Assembly: GCA_951406725.2 (NCBI GenBank)
Contig: OX597817.1
Span: forward strand, 65,410,001 to 65,474,000
DNA length: 64,000 nucleotides
DNA from: Octopus vulgaris
Lineage: Eukaryota
Direction: 5' to 3'
Shown here: one piece after another, positions 25,753-40,654 of the stretch
How the letters are laid out: each line of letters starts with the position of its first letter
Numbering within the stretch: position 1 is the first letter of the stretch
Position numbers and translations under genes: made by a program
The notes under the pieces: model-generated
What the model was told of the DNA's origin: nothing
The model's database searches: none
What the model saw: only the letters and a program-made list of their open reading frames with translations

Positions 25753-27984
25753 TATGTATATATACACACATAAACATAGGTAGATGTTGCAGTAGAACTC
25801 CTGGTCATAGAGCTATGGTGTTTTCAAATTCCAAAGGTACTCGGTGCGTTTAAGGATTATGCATAAATATATGAAAACATATGCAAACAGATATACATAC
25901 ACATGAGCTTACGCACACACACATACACGCACTTATATAAATGTATTTGTATGTGTGTGCATGTGTGTGTATGTGTGTGTACGCACACACATATATCCAC
26001 TCTCAAGCTGTTTTAGGTTAATAATGATTTAGTGCTTTATAATACTGCAATCGATTTCGCTTAACTGCATGCTGTATAATTACTTAGTTAATTGCCCAGA
26101 TTTCCAAATCACCAGGTCGTTTACAATAAGATCCATGTAAAATTTCCTGATTATTTACTGATACGAAAAACTGAACTTCAGATAATTAATTGTATCAGCC
26201 TCTATTTCCCTCTTTTAGTAAAAGTTGGTGAAATGTAGAATAGTGATTCTGGAATCTTCCGGTTTCACTATAAATTCAAATGACAGTAGCCAATACTTCG
26301 TGTTTACAAATAGTTTAATGTCATAGGAATGAGATGTATTCAAATTATTCATATCTTTTCAATGATTAAAAAACTACTAGTTTCTATTTTTTATCTTATT
26401 TAAGTATGCAAGCAATTCTTCAATAAATAAATCTTCATTGTAGATATCGTTTGTAAATAAAGACATTTTTTAATCAAATGGTGTATGGACGTTATTTCGA
26501 AGTTTTCCTCATCCCCATTATCCTGGGATTTATTCAACTAAATGATTTTTTTTTTTATGGTCCGCCATTAAAGCAAATTTGTTATTGTATGAAAGTCATT
26601 GTTGGAATGTATGAATCTGTCTAGTCTTGGACAATTTAGAAATATCAAAGGGAATTGAAAAACATAGCGAACACACCGAACGATTATCATGCAGGTAGCT
26701 TTAATTACGTGGAATGTTAAGTAAATTATTTATACCCAGAACTGTGTACACATAACGATTATATGCACAAAGGAAAAGTTTCATTCTTTTGTTCTCTTAC
26801 ACAGATTGCTTAGCTTTTATAATATTTCGGGAAAGATCCCCCTTATCAAATATAAGAAAGAAAATAAATTACGTGTTGTTACTGGCAGAAAGAACATTTT
26901 CCCTCGAACTCGTGGATATTTTCTTTCTAATATTTCATAAGGGAAATCGTTTCCGTAATACTTTAGAAGCATTAAACAACCAATGTAAGGTAATACAGTA
27001 TCTATGTTTTGTTTATATTTATTGATATCCTTTTACATATGTTGTTTAACTTTTCATCTGCTCTTCCCAGAGTTTTTTTTTTTGTTAAAAGTTTGTATAA
27101 TTTATACGTTGCAATGTAGGTTTATGATATAATTTATTGCGCTAGGCAACAACTGTTTGTGAAAACATTGTACATGCCATTAAATGTAACCGAGAGCAAC
27201 ATCTGGCACTTTAATGGACTTGCAGATAAAGGTTATTGATGTAGTTTAGTATCAGGTCAGCAGCGACTGAGATGACCTTTAAAATGTTCCAGCATGACCA
27301 TCCATCCTTTCTCAGGCATAGTCTATTTAAGGGTACATTTAACACAACACAATATGGCACTTTTTTTTTTAAATTGATAACGTTTGAGTTAAGCGAAATT
27401 TTGCCGCTGTTTCTAGCAGATGGAGCAACTACATAGAAGCTTCTTCGTCTCGTTTCTGTTTAAATTTAAATCAAATAGTATCATGCAAAACATATGAATA
27501 AAGCCGTTACTTATATGACCATCCTGACTTTTTCCAAGTGACTGTAGCATTACAATAATTCACATTTTATTTTTCAGACATGTATGTTATTTGAAAGTGG
27601 TTTGGTTTTATTTCTAGCAAGTCGAGTGACTATAGAAAGGATTCCATGATTGCTAGTTTATAAAGTTGTTTAACCCTAGCTCAATACAGATCGAGCAAGT
27701 TCATAAATGCATTGTAGCATTGCATACCTAAAACTTTCTTTTGCCCCCTTACTCTCTTACCTGTTCCAGTCATTGGATTATGGCCACACAAGAGCACTTT
27801 CTTATAGAGCTAATCTAATAAATCGACTGCAATAATTATCTTAAGTTTGGTACTTATTCTATCATATCTTAGGGCCAAACTGCTAAGTTACAGAGATGTA
27901 AACAAGCTAACAACGGCTGTCAAGTGGTGGAGGAGAGGAGATAAATACAAATACAAAGATGGACACACATATACATTTATACAT

Positions 27985-28322
27985 AAAGACCCACTTCAGT
28001 CATAAATGACCATGGGATTGCACCTTCAAAGTTACCCTTCAAGGCACAAGTCTGGGCAAGGTTGTTTATGGAAAGCCAGCAGTCGACCATGCATACCAGC
28101 CTCCCCTCTCCGCGACACCGATGTTACCCAAAGGAAAGGCAAAGACTGACATAGCTTGGCACCAGTGACGTTACAGCTCTTTTCTATAGCTGAGTGAACT
28201 TGAGCAACATGAAATAAAGTGTTTTGCTCAAGAACACAACACACAGTCCGGTATTGGAATTGAACTCACAACTTCATGATTGTGAACACGGCGTTCTAAC
28301 TACAGTGCCATGTGCCTTCACC
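27985..28322 (-). mobile_element. tRNA-derived SINE (second family, near full length)
   Basis: A/B-box-like TGGCACTGTAGTTAG..GAGTTCAATTCC, then GTGTTCTTGAGCAAAACACTT core. Head fragments also at about 12535-12635(+), 20240-20390(-) and 40275-40425(+). Confidence 0.7.
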
Positions 28323-28330
28323 ACATATAT

Positions 28331-28370
<40 letters not shown>

Positions 28371-28374
28371 GTAC

Positions 28375-28535
28375 ACTACGGTGATCCACACAGTTTTCGT
28401 TTACCAAATTCACTCCCAAGGCATTGATCGACTCGGAACCATAGTAGATGACACTTACCCAAGGTGTTACACAGTGGGACTGAACTCAAAACCACGTGGT
28501 TGCAAAGCGAACTTCCTAACCATACAGCCGTGCCT
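28375..28535 (-). mobile_element. SINE head copy
   Basis: Reverse complement of the 40445-40586 head. Confidence 0.65.
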
Positions 28536-29544
28536 AATCTAATGTAATTTTCCGTTTTATTTTTAAGACCACAGGGTGTGATTTGAGGGATATGTACCTG
28601 CTATTTTTAACATGTCGAGTTATTGCATATAAGCTCTCAGAGTGTATCTTGTTGATTTTGCTGATGATAGTGATGTTATACGTCACCCTTCATTCCCGCC
28701 ACTGCCTCCAAGTCTGTCTGATATAATATACTTCATATAAAGTCTGTTCCTTCATTGATAATAGCACATTTTCAAGGGGGTACAATATGGTTGGAGGAAG
28801 ATTTTGCTATTATTTCTGACAAGTCGATCAACCACATAATGTACCTAAAAATGTATCATCCTGTTGCTATTGATGTTATAATTGTTATTGCTTGTTGTTG
28901 TAATTTAGCTCCAGGTCAACTAAACTCTCGAGTAGCACGTTTTGGATGAAAGTCCTTTCTGCTTTGATCATCCCATATTTTTCGAGACAGTAGGATGTGG
29001 TTAGATGATTGATACTTCTACTAGTAATAGCCAGCAGTAGTAGTGCTCTATGTGGTGGTAGTAGTGATATGGTTATTGAAAAGAGAGGCGATATCAACAC
29101 ATATGATGAAAATGAAGACAACGTAGAGGCTCATCTCGTTGATTCGTTGTTTACCACACTACATCACTCCGCTGCCAATATTTTATAAATCGAAACGACC
29201 TACTTCACATTTAACTGATAAACTTGCCTAAGATATTGATTTCTTCTTCCTCCTCCCCACCGCCATATTTATCTAAAGTAATCTTAGATAATTGTCTTAA
29301 AATCTGAGTAGGTCAAATACAGATTATATTACTGCATACTTATTTTTTCGTTTTAGTTCTAATTGTTGTAATTTTTGTGGTTGCTGTAATAGTTTTTGTT
29401 GTTGTTCAGCCCCAGGTCAGCTCTAATCGAGAAGATCTATGATCAAAGGCATTCTAGATGTGACCACCTCCTCATTCTCCTGTGGACAGGTAATCCAGGT
29501 TTACAATATCTAACGTATCCCTTTACTAGAAGGTGGGGGGCCTT

Positions 29545-29596
29545 TGAAGAAGACGAAAACGACGACGACGTCAACGAAGAAGAAGGAGAAGAAGAA

Positions 29597-29631
<35 letters not shown>

Positions 29632-29690
29632 AGAAGAAGAAGAAGAAAATGAAGGTGATGAGGTCGACGATGATGATCGATATCGACTAC
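29545..29690. repeat. (GAA)n/(GAC)n microsatellite
   Basis: Directly visible; source of the poly-E/poly-K ORFs. Confidence 0.9.
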
Positions 29691-30552
29691 GACAATGAGG
29701 ATACAAAAGAAGAGATAAGAAGAGGAAGAAAATCTCGATGCATACGTGCTTGTATATGCATATATGATCACGTATGTGTGTGAGGGAGACAGTATTCATC
29801 CACGTGTGCGTGTGTGTGCACGGGGGGGGGAGGCTTGGTGCATGTGCGTGTGTATACGTTGGATATATAACAGGAAGATATCGGTGTCATGAGAATAGAG
29901 AAAAAAAGTTAAGTGGATTTGAAAAGATTTTTAAAAACATGGGATAGAGTAAGAAATCTATCAGGAGGAGAAGGAACAGGTGGGAATTTGCAAAAGTCGA
30001 AGAACAAACCAAATATATGAATAAGGGAGTAAATAAATGAATAAATAAACAAATAAATAGATAAATATTAAAAAAAACTAAGAAAGATGGGTGCTGGTGG
30101 TGTCGAGTCTTAACTGGAGTAAGCTTTAAGGAGATGTATTGAGTAAAAACCTTTAAGATATATATAGATATCTTTAATACATACATACATACATACATAC
30201 ATACATACATACATACATACATACATACATACATACATACACATATTAATAACAATAAAAATATGTAAGTATATAAAAAAAAATATAGAGAAAACGACCT
30301 GAAAATGTGTAAGGAATGAAATTATTCACTTGAAAATCTATTCATTGCTTGCTGGTTCGAAAATTGTTTTTATATATATATTTTTTAAGGATTACTATGT
30401 ATGTATATATGTTTGTATTTTTATGTGTATGTATATATGTTTAATGTATGTTACTATAAAGAGGGAGAGAAAGGGGGTAAAGGAGATATGGGTTATAAAT
30501 AGATTGGGAAAAGGTTAGGCCTGTTGTGGAGAGCTACACGATACATGGGTGA

Positions 30553-30622
<70 letters not shown>

Positions 30623-30829
30623 AATACATAGAAAATAGAAAGATAATAGTTAGGCAGTCAGACAAACAGACAGACAGCTAGCTAGTTAGATAGATGCATA
30701 GATAAATAGATAGATAGAACGGCATATGTAAGCGTTAATTATATGTGAAAGATGGGCCAATATATAGGCAAATAGAAAAATAGAATGAAACCTAAATGGA
30801 TCTGTGGACAAATAAAATAATAATAATAA

Positions 30830-31460
30830 TCCTTTATACCAAAGGCACAAGGCCTGAAATTTGGGGGAGGGGACAAGTCGATTACATCGACTCCAGTGTT
30901 TCACTGGTACTTATTTTATCGATTCCGAAGGATGAAAGACAAAGTCGACCTCGGCAGAATTTGAACTCAGAACGTGGAGACGGACGAATTGCCGCTAAGC
31001 ATTTTGTCCAACGTGCAAACGATTCTGCCAGCTCGTCGCCTTAATCATCATAATAATGATGATGAGGATGATGATGATAATGATAATTCTTCCTAATTTT
31101 GGCACAAGGGCAACAATTTTGAGGGTAGATAACAAGTCAATTACATTGATCCAAGCACTTGACTGCCACGTATTTTATTCACCTCGAAAAGATAAAAGGC
31201 AAAGTCAGCCTCGGTTTAATTTGAACTCAAAATGTAAAGCTAAGAGAAATGCTGCTAAACGCAGGGCCAACAGTTTTGAGGAGGAGCAATTACTCGATGC
31301 CAATCTATTCCAGTATTTCACTGGTACTTTATTTTACCGACTCCAATAAGATGAAAGCCAACGCAAAATTTCTGTGTGATTTGAACCTAGAACATAAAGC
31401 ATCATCAGAAACACTGAATGGAATTTTGTCCGACACGCTAACAATTCTGCCAATTCACTG
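30830..31460 (-). mobile_element. Tandem SINE copies (family of 14455-15070)
   Basis: Repeated CTGGTACTTATTTT..AAAGTCGACCTCGG..ATTTGAACTC. Confidence 0.75.
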
Positions 31461-31769
31461 TACTCAAGCAGAAACAATGGATTGGCAGGCGTTTTAGACA
31501 AACAATAGGGAGTACAAAGAAATCCATTCCATAAGTTGAGTAATATAGATGTTTAATGAACTTGAAAACATTTCAGTTTATGACTTATAGTTTTGTCTGT
31601 GAAATCTTCAGATGGTGGTGATGCTGGGAATAAATTGTAATCCTGAAATTATCAGGTTTATTAAATATCTATAACACCTCTCCATGGAAATGTGTGAATA
31701 AGTGTATGTGGTGTGCATATATTTGTGTGTGTGTGTGTTTGTAAGTCTATATAAATATGTGCGTGTGCT

Positions 31770-31848
<79 letters not shown>

Positions 31849-31942
31849 AAATTGCATAAAAAACCCAAAAGACGATGACAGGTGGTGTAGACAACAAACA
31901 GATACATTCATACACACATATTATATACATAGTATATAATAT

Positions 31943-32168
31943 GCGAGCTGGCAGAAACGTTAGCAGGCCGGGCGAAATGCTTAGCCGTATTTCGTCTGCC
32001 GTTAAGTGTTCTGGGTTCAAAATCCGCCGAGGTCGACTTTGCCTTTCATCCTTTCGGGGTCGATAAATTAAGTACCAGTTACGCACTGGCGTCGATGTAA
32101 TCGACTTAATCCCTTTGTCTGTCCTTGTTCGTCCCTTCTATGTTTAGCCCCTTGTGGGCAGTAAAGAA
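31943..32168 (+). mobile_element. tRNA-related SINE, well-preserved copy
   Basis: GCGAGCTGGCAGAAACGTTAGC..GGTTCAAAATCC..GAGGTCGACTTTGCC..AAGTACCAGTT. Confidence 0.8.
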
Positions 32169-32216
<48 letters not shown>

Positions 32217-34058
32217 TTAGTATACACATGCATAGATATCTATCTATATGTATATATGCATACTTATACATATACATACTTTATATACATATATTTATGT
32301 TTATACATACATGCATACATATCTATATCTATCTTTCCATCTATATATCTCCTTCCCTCTCTAACTCTGTCTCTCTCTCACTCTCACTCTCTCTCTCTCT
32401 CACTCTCTCTATCTCTCTCTATATACATACATACATACATACCTATACATATATATGTGCATATATGTATATATATATGTGTGTGTGTATTTATATATTT
32501 ATATATGCATATATACATACACACACATATGTGCGTGTGTGTATGTGTGTGTTTGTGTGTGTGTGTATAGTGATCAATATATAAACATAGATATAAAACA
32601 TACACATCATTTATTTGCACATGCTCAGTTGCTCTTCTGTCAGTTCATGTTCCACATATTTCACACGTTTCCAAAATATTTTGATTCTTCATTGCTCAAT
32701 TATACCAAAGACTTTTTTTTGTCAGTTTTTATTTCGTGTTGTAAATTCGAAATGCCGAAAGATTAATGTTACATTTTGCCTTCCTACCTTATTTCCTTCC
32801 GTCCTCGTTTCCTTTCTAATTCATATTTACACATAGATGAATTCACGTTTCTTTCTCTGACAATTCTTTTCTCTCTGTTTGTCTATCTGTGTGTCTATGT
32901 CCCTGTTTGTGTGTACGTGTCTGTGTGTGTGTGTGTGTATGTGTATATATGTGTGCGTGCGAATTCATAATGTACATTACAGGTATATATATTGTATATG
33001 TGTATATATATGTTTGTGTGTGTCTGTGGATAGAAAGATATAGATATATATGTGTGTATGTATGTATGTATGTATGTATGAAAGTATGTACGTAAGTATG
33101 AATTTACGTATATATGCTTTCGTCACATTTATTTATATGAATTCTTCCGAGGAGGGAGCCGGTTTCTAAGACAAAAAAAAAACAAAAAAAAAACAGAACT
33201 AACTGGAAGAAAAAAAACAAGCTCCATCGCTGGAATTTGGATAACAATAACAATAATTTTTATATATTGAACTTTGGAAAGTGTTGCATATTTTGATTGT
33301 TCTGCTTACAAATTGCATCTGTAAAGTGCGTACTAGCGGGTTTCTTCTTTCGGTTGAAAAGTCTAACTTAAATATTTATTCACATTATCACGTGCATAAA
33401 ATAGATTATTGATATAAATATGATTTTAAAATCAGAGTAGAGTCGCTATAGCTTCGACGCAGCTGTCCATGAATATTACCTTTCTCACTGAATTTGAATG
33501 AGGTGTTCATATCTGCAGGGCAGCTAACGTGGACATCTCCTCCAGCTGGTTTTTTTCAATGCACTTTCCGCTCTCGATATTTATTGCAAGAAGTTAACTT
33601 CTGCTACCCAAGTTTCGAGGCCCCAGACCGCGTGATTTCCATCTTTTGGATCTCTTCAGTGGTAGGTACTTGATTGCCAGGAATTGTAGTAGTTTAACCT
33701 CGTTTGCAATATATAGAAAATACAGAGTCATACAATCACTGATTTCACAACAAGAAAACTAGCCCGTTAGAAAATCTCTGTTCGAGATAGAAGCAATATA
33801 CGAACTTTAACGTGGGTGTTCTCTAAGAGACGACGATATTGCTATTTTAACCCCAGGAAGACATTGGCATATTCGTACCGAGACGTCGTAACTTGCAGTT
33901 CTGGCTCTGAATCTCATAGAAAATTCAAGATAATCTTTAAATGAGAGTATTACACTGCTAACACAAAAGTAAGACATGTTGTTGACTTGTAAACCTTTAA
34001 TATACTTGGTAGTATATTTCAGTTGCAAAACGATATACTGTGTCCTCACTAGAAATTA

Positions 34059-34148
<90 letters not shown>

Positions 34149-34149
34149 G

Positions 34150-34507
34150 CTCATCTATCTATCCGCCCAGTCGAAGTCGACACTCGGTTACTCGACGGAT
34201 CAGGGTCCTCCAGCCAGTTCTATCCTGGGTCGCTTCTTTCAGATTGGCTATGTCCATTCCCGTATCACTCTTGATGGTGTCAAGCCAGCGGGATCTTGGT
34301 CGGCCTCTTCCTCTCTTACCACTGACCATTCCGAGCATGAGGTCCTCCAAGGATTTTCTCCGCATAATATGACCAAAATATGTCAATCTATGCTTGGTGA
34401 TCCTAGCTTCTAGCGACAGTTTCGGCTTGATCTGGTTAAGAACTCCCCATTGGTGAGCCTCGCTGTCCATGGAATCCGTAAAAGTCTTCTCCAACACCAA
34501 AGCTCGA
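34150..34507 (-). pseudogene. 3' end of RTE-clade (BovB-like) LINE
   Basis: SLEARITKHRLTYFGHIMRRKSLE..MLG.V.GKRGRGRPRSRWLD.IK...DR..WR, the classic RTE C-terminus. Confidence 0.88.
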
Positions 34508-35034
34508 ATATATATATATATATGCACATATTTATATTAATATTTATCTGTGCTATATGAGAATGCACCATATCAAGATTGTTAGATATTTGATTGTAAT
34601 GTTACTCCTGTATTTCCTGTGCTGATACATATACGAGTATTCTATTGCAGAAGTGTTGTTTATGTTTATCTTAAGTATCCTACAGGTAGCTTTGTATATT
34701 GTTTCAACAACAACAACATGTGAGAAGCAGTATCTGTTTGACATGTTTGAGCAGCTGCTGGCTATATCCACAGAAGTGTGATAGTCGGCATGTATACGCT
34801 CAGATTTCGCTTCGCTTTCGTTCATTAGATATTTCGTAGTTAATCTTCTTACTCGTGGATTGCATGTGTGTAGCCTTCGAGCTGTGACGTAATATACGAT
34901 CACAATACCAAGAGAAACTAAACTTTATGCAAATTTTGTCATACTTTTCTAGTTTACGGGAAGCATACGGTGCTTAAACATTCTGTGATATGCAGTGAGT
35001 TACACTTCCAGGTCTTTATATATATAAACAATTG

Positions 35035-35449
35035 GGATCTTTTCGGTTTGAACGGCAGTTTTTAACATAATTTCTAGGTAACTAAAAAATTTTAAACTTC
35101 GTATACTGGTAGAATGTGTTTATAAAACATCTTTTTCTCTTGGCTTTATTGAGAAAATTCTATAGTTTGTAAGATATTTGTTGTTTTTTTCTTCAATTTC
35201 TGCAATTTCAACCAAGCGCTGATGTCTATTGAGGTAAAATCTTTCTATGCCGTATGAATATGCCCCTCGTTTAAGAAACAGATTGGGTTTATTTACATTT
35301 CTGAAGAAAAAAAGATACTCTTCCCCCCACCCCTAACCCTAACCCTAAAACAGATTGAAATGCAATAGATCGATACTAGGGTCATAATTATGGGTGACAA
35401 TTTCATATGACACCGCTAGAAAAAACTGCCATTCAAACCGAAAAGATCC
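35035..35449. mobile_element. MITE (~415 bp) with ~29 bp terminal inverted repeats and internal (CCCTAA)3
   Basis: GGATCTTTTCGGTTTGAACGGCAGTTTTT ... AAAAACTGCCATTCAAACCGAAAAGATCC (1 mismatch). Confidence 0.85.
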
Positions 35450-35763
35450 AACATTATGTTTTCATTAAAATAAAGGTTCTTAGCAAAACTATTGTCGCAA
35501 CATTTAAAATGCATTCGTTTGTTCGTTTATTATTATTTCACGTCAGACCAAATGTTTTACTAAACGTAGAATAACATGCAAACGATTGGAATTGCGAATT
35601 ACCCAATAATAGTGACTTAACTTTCTGTGCTAATAATAGATTACTTCACTCTCTTCTCTGCGTGATTCTCTCTAACCAACCAGTGGTGTGCTACACGCTG
35701 ATGTACATTGATTCTTAAAGAATTCGATATAACCGATATATAATCGATATATATATATATATA

Positions 35764-35809
<46 letters not shown>

Positions 35810-38800
35810 GCACGCACGTACATGTGTATGTTATATTTCATTGGTTCGCAGACGTTTTCGGGTTGCCGTCCCATTGACACTCAGGCCATACTCCTAGCGC
35901 ACCCACCCCAACTAACCATCATATGCAAATTCAAAGCAACTGTATTTCACAAATGAAACTTAACCTTAAGAACCCATTATCGCCTCATTTTTTACATGAA
36001 TCGCTACCCCATTATCAGCCCACTTTTCTTCAACGCCCCCTTGGAACTTTCCACCGCCCTCAGGGGTGCAATGCCACCCACTTTGGGAACCACTATAATA
36101 GATGAATCATATCTATGATTCATCTAATACAGAGTGACTGCAAATAATCTTCCTTGCTCCAAGTTTGTTTTGTACTTTTTGTGAGTGTGTATGTAAGTAT
36201 GTATGTGTGTATGTATGTATGTATGTATGTATGTATGTATGTATGTATGTATGTATGTATGGATGTATGTATGTATGTATGGATGTATGAATGGATGGAT
36301 GGATGGATTTTTGCTTGGGTATGCGTAGCACTCAGAAGGGAGCATAATTTATTTCTAATTTAATATTTCTCTTTTACCACCTCTGTGATTGGTTGGTAAA
36401 ATACGATCATCTGGACACGTTCAACAGGTCATACTAGTGCACTTGTGATAAGCAGTGCATTACAAGTTACCCTTCCGAACGCTTCAACTATCAAGTTACT
36501 ATCCCTACCCTTTAAACATCCAGTCACCATCCCTAGGTCTTTAAGCATCCAATTTCATCCATCATCAAGTTGATATAAATGGGACTGTCGGTTGAAAACA
36601 TGAATTGCCGGTTGTCTGATCACCAAATATTGCTACATTCATAAACATGCTCAAACATATAACGCATACATACACATGGGCATACATAAAGGCATACGCA
36701 TACACATTAGCATATTCACAATGGTGTATGCATGTGTGTGTTTGTGTGTGTGTGTGTACGTGCGTGCACGCGCGCGTAAAATAAGTAAAAGGTCAAGTGA
36801 TATTTTTTCATAAATAACTTCGTCAGTGAAAAAGCAGCAGCAATATTCATGATCTTTCTTTGTCCAAGATTCCCAAGACAGATGATGGGTAGCAGTTATC
36901 CCCAGAGTGGGATACTTGTACACTGTTCCTGGCAACCACCCGATTGTTTGATATTTCGCATCATATCAGCATTAAATAAGCTGTGTTCTCTGTCGAAAAT
37001 CTTAATGATCCCAATATACTGAAATGGTTCAGGCGACCCAGTTGAACATAGAATCAATAGGATAGGGAAAACCCGTTGCCATTGTAGCTGTTACTGATAA
37101 GTCCCAGGTCAGCGGTGACCGAAAAGAACTTTGATCAATAGAACTCTAGCCGTAACAACCTCCATCCTTTTATTTTTCCGGTTATAAAATAACTACGACA
37201 GTATTACTCAATGATTCTTCCCTTTCAAAGATAATGGGTTGAAATGCAAGGACTGCTATTTCAAACTGATAAAGAAACTACGTAGAGGCGCCTCTATTTG
37301 ATCTCGGAATTCACTACTGCAAATATTTTAAAATTAATAAGTGTTTCGTTAGCCTCTAGTAAATCTCGTCTTTGGATACGCTTGTTCCTGAGTTTGAACT
37401 AAGATTCTGAATATTGGCTACGTGTTGGAGAGTAAACTCTAAAATTAAATCCAGATATTGATAATGGCAGCATCGTTTTGACAAATTCTGTGACGCAAGG
37501 CTATTTCGATGCTCAGAACATACGCTTTATCAGTTAGTATACCACATGCCAGTGGTGATACTGTTGCATTTCAAATGATATGCAACGAACTACAATACGA
37601 TGTTATGCAAAGCTTAAGTACAAGCATTTACCTAAAACTAAAATACATGTATGTGTATATATATATATATATATATATACGTGTTACATCAATGATAATT
37701 ATCGAAGGAATTAAAATTTCTGTATGTCAGGCTAAAAAGATTCACCATTACTGCACTAAGTGGATGTCAATAAATTTAATGAAAATTGTAAAATATTAGT
37801 AGTCTTCCACTAAATCTTTGTTTTTCTTTCAATGCATATTATATTTTAGAATTTAAATGTTCCATGCATTAAATATGATGACAGTTATTAACTATTATTT
37901 ATTATGGATATGGCGCCTCGGAATTATTACATTTCTAAGCAATTCTATATCTCTACGTTAGCGAATATAGATTTCTGTATATTTAGTTTTGTAATTCATT
38001 CGCTTCGAAAATTAACGTTGATGACATGGTTCTGATGATGACGCCAAAATAATAACAAAAAAATGTCTGAAGTTGTCTCCCGTTCATGCTGTAGCAATGA
38101 AAGTAATAAGGAGTATTTTTTTTTTACCTTCTTGTCACCGTATATTTGATTCCACATTAGTTGTTTAAAGGGATATGCATGAAATATACGAATAGCAAAT
38201 TATTCGAAAGATTCATAATGTAAGCTCTTTCGGAGTGATGAAATATCTGTATGGTCAAATGCTAGTCCTCCATAATACCCTGTTTTTGAATCTCAAATAT
38301 AAGTACATAGACACATAGATGCATGCATACATACGTACATAAATACATAATACATACATATATACATACCTACATGCATACATACATGGCTATATCTATA
38401 TCTTTTCCGTTTTTAAGTATTTAAATTCTTCCTTTGAAGAAGTAGCTGATTTCTAACAAAGATACACAGCTCCACCGTTGGCGTGTAGATAACAAAAACA
38501 ATGTCACATTTTAAACCTGGGAAAAGTCTTGCATAGTTTTACTGTTCTGCTTACACATTGTATTTGTATGTGTAAACCAGTTGGTTGATTTCTTTTTCTG
38601 AAAATCTAAGTTTATCCAGACTGACAGATGTATGTATGTATGTATGTATGTATGTATGTATGTATGTATGTATGTATGTATGTATGTATGTATGTATTAT
38701 GTACATATATTTACACGCATACGCACCTGTATTTAGATATGTAATATATATACGTATGTATGTTTATGTATAGGTATGCATGTATATATGCATATAGATA

Positions 38801-38999
38801 TATGCATTTGTGTGCGCATGTGTGTTGTTTGTACATACGTATAGGAAACACTGGAGTGTCTAGTGATATGCATGAAGTTGAGAGTTCTCAAGCTGCAGAT
38901 CTTACACTTCATTTCACTGCAATCCATTAATGCAGGCATGTGACAAGATCCATTTCTTATCACCCCGATATCCTGAGGAATATTGCTGAAGTGATTAGC

Positions 39000-39040
<41 letters not shown>

Positions 39041-39302
39041 GGATACATTTGTTTGTATGTGCAAGGGAAAGAGAAAGACAAACACAGTGAAATATAATAT
39101 ATATGAAAATGTATGGGTGACAACAATAATACGTACAAACACACACTTGCATATATATATACATTTGCATTTGATACACACACGCTCATATATATACTCA
39201 TATATATCGCATATATATATCATACCATTTAATATATTCATGAAAGTAGTATATTATACATTATGTATTACATAAATATGTATGTGTACTTACATATTAC
39301 AT

Positions 39303-39337
<35 letters not shown>

Positions 39338-39679
39338 CACGCACACATATATATGTATATATATACATACATTCACAGATATACATTCGCTCATGCACAA
39401 AATATATTACTCGCTGTGTACGTGTTTTAGTTTGCGTGCGTTTGTATGCGTGTGTGTACGTGTGTGTGTGTGTGTATGGGTGTGCGCGTGTAAGTGTATG
39501 TGTGTGCATGCGTGCATATGTGTGTGTGCGTGCGTGCGTGCGTGTCCACACTGTGCGCTAGTCGATACTTCATTTATCTCACCATGCAAATGTGATAATC
39601 AGGATCAATTTCTCGACCTTTAGTAATCTCAGTTATCCATCAACTTACGTGCATATATGTCCCGCACTCCATTTCGCAC

Positions 39680-39830
<151 letters not shown>

Positions 39831-39967
39831 CGTTTCAAGCTGTAAGCTAATGAAGTTCATGACATGATTTCTTATTCCCTTGTCGTGTGGATTTCGTTTA
39901 TATTTATGTGCCTGTGTGTATGTAATATATGTGTGTGCATGTGCGCGCGCGCATGTTTGTATGTATA

Positions 39968-40000
<33 letters not shown>

Positions 40001-40009
40001 GTATGTATG

Positions 40010-40051
<42 letters not shown>

Positions 40052-40444
40052 CCACCCATGTCTGCATATTTAAAGATTATTTAATTGTATATATGTGTTT
40101 ATTTTGGCTATTTATTCTAAGAACTATAAGTGATCAAGTTCCGTTGAAGGAATGATATCCACAGAGTACTGAGCAAAGTATCTTCTGTTTCTTACGTTTT
40201 GCTATTTCAATCTCACTTAGTTTGTCTGTTATAATTTCTCGATGAATCAATTATTCCAAATAATCAAAGTGATGGAGCTTGGGCTAGTGGTTAAGGTTTC
40301 GCACTCACGGTCGCAAAATCGTGATTTCGATTCAGATTCAAGGACCGAACAGTGTATTATGTTTTTTTTTAGCGAAACACGTCATTTCTCGTTGCTCCTG
40401 TTCCCTCAGCTGTCAATGAGTAATGCTATATATATATATATATA

Positions 40445-40586
40445 AGAAGCTTGCTTCCCAAGCACATGGTTTCGGGTTCAGTCCCACTGCGTGGTATCTT
40501 GGGCAAGTGTCTACTACTATAACCTCGGGCCGACCAAAGCCTTGTGAATGGATTTGGTAGATGGAAACTTAAAGAAGCCCGTCGTA
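40445..40586 (+). mobile_element. SINE head (tRNA-like)
   Basis: GCTTGCTTCCCAA..GGGTTCAGTCCCACTGCGTGG..TTGGGCAAGTGTC..AAAGAAGCCCGTCG; several other copies in the window. Confidence 0.75.
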
Positions 40587-40591
40587 TACAC

Positions 40592-40654
<63 letters not shown>

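Noticed and set aside
31943-32030. tRNA gene (A/B-box-like motifs)
   Set aside because: No cloverleaf; it is the head of a multi-copy SINE
36795-36830. CTGACGA...GAAA on the minus strand
   Set aside because: No stem II or stem I pairing; chance match
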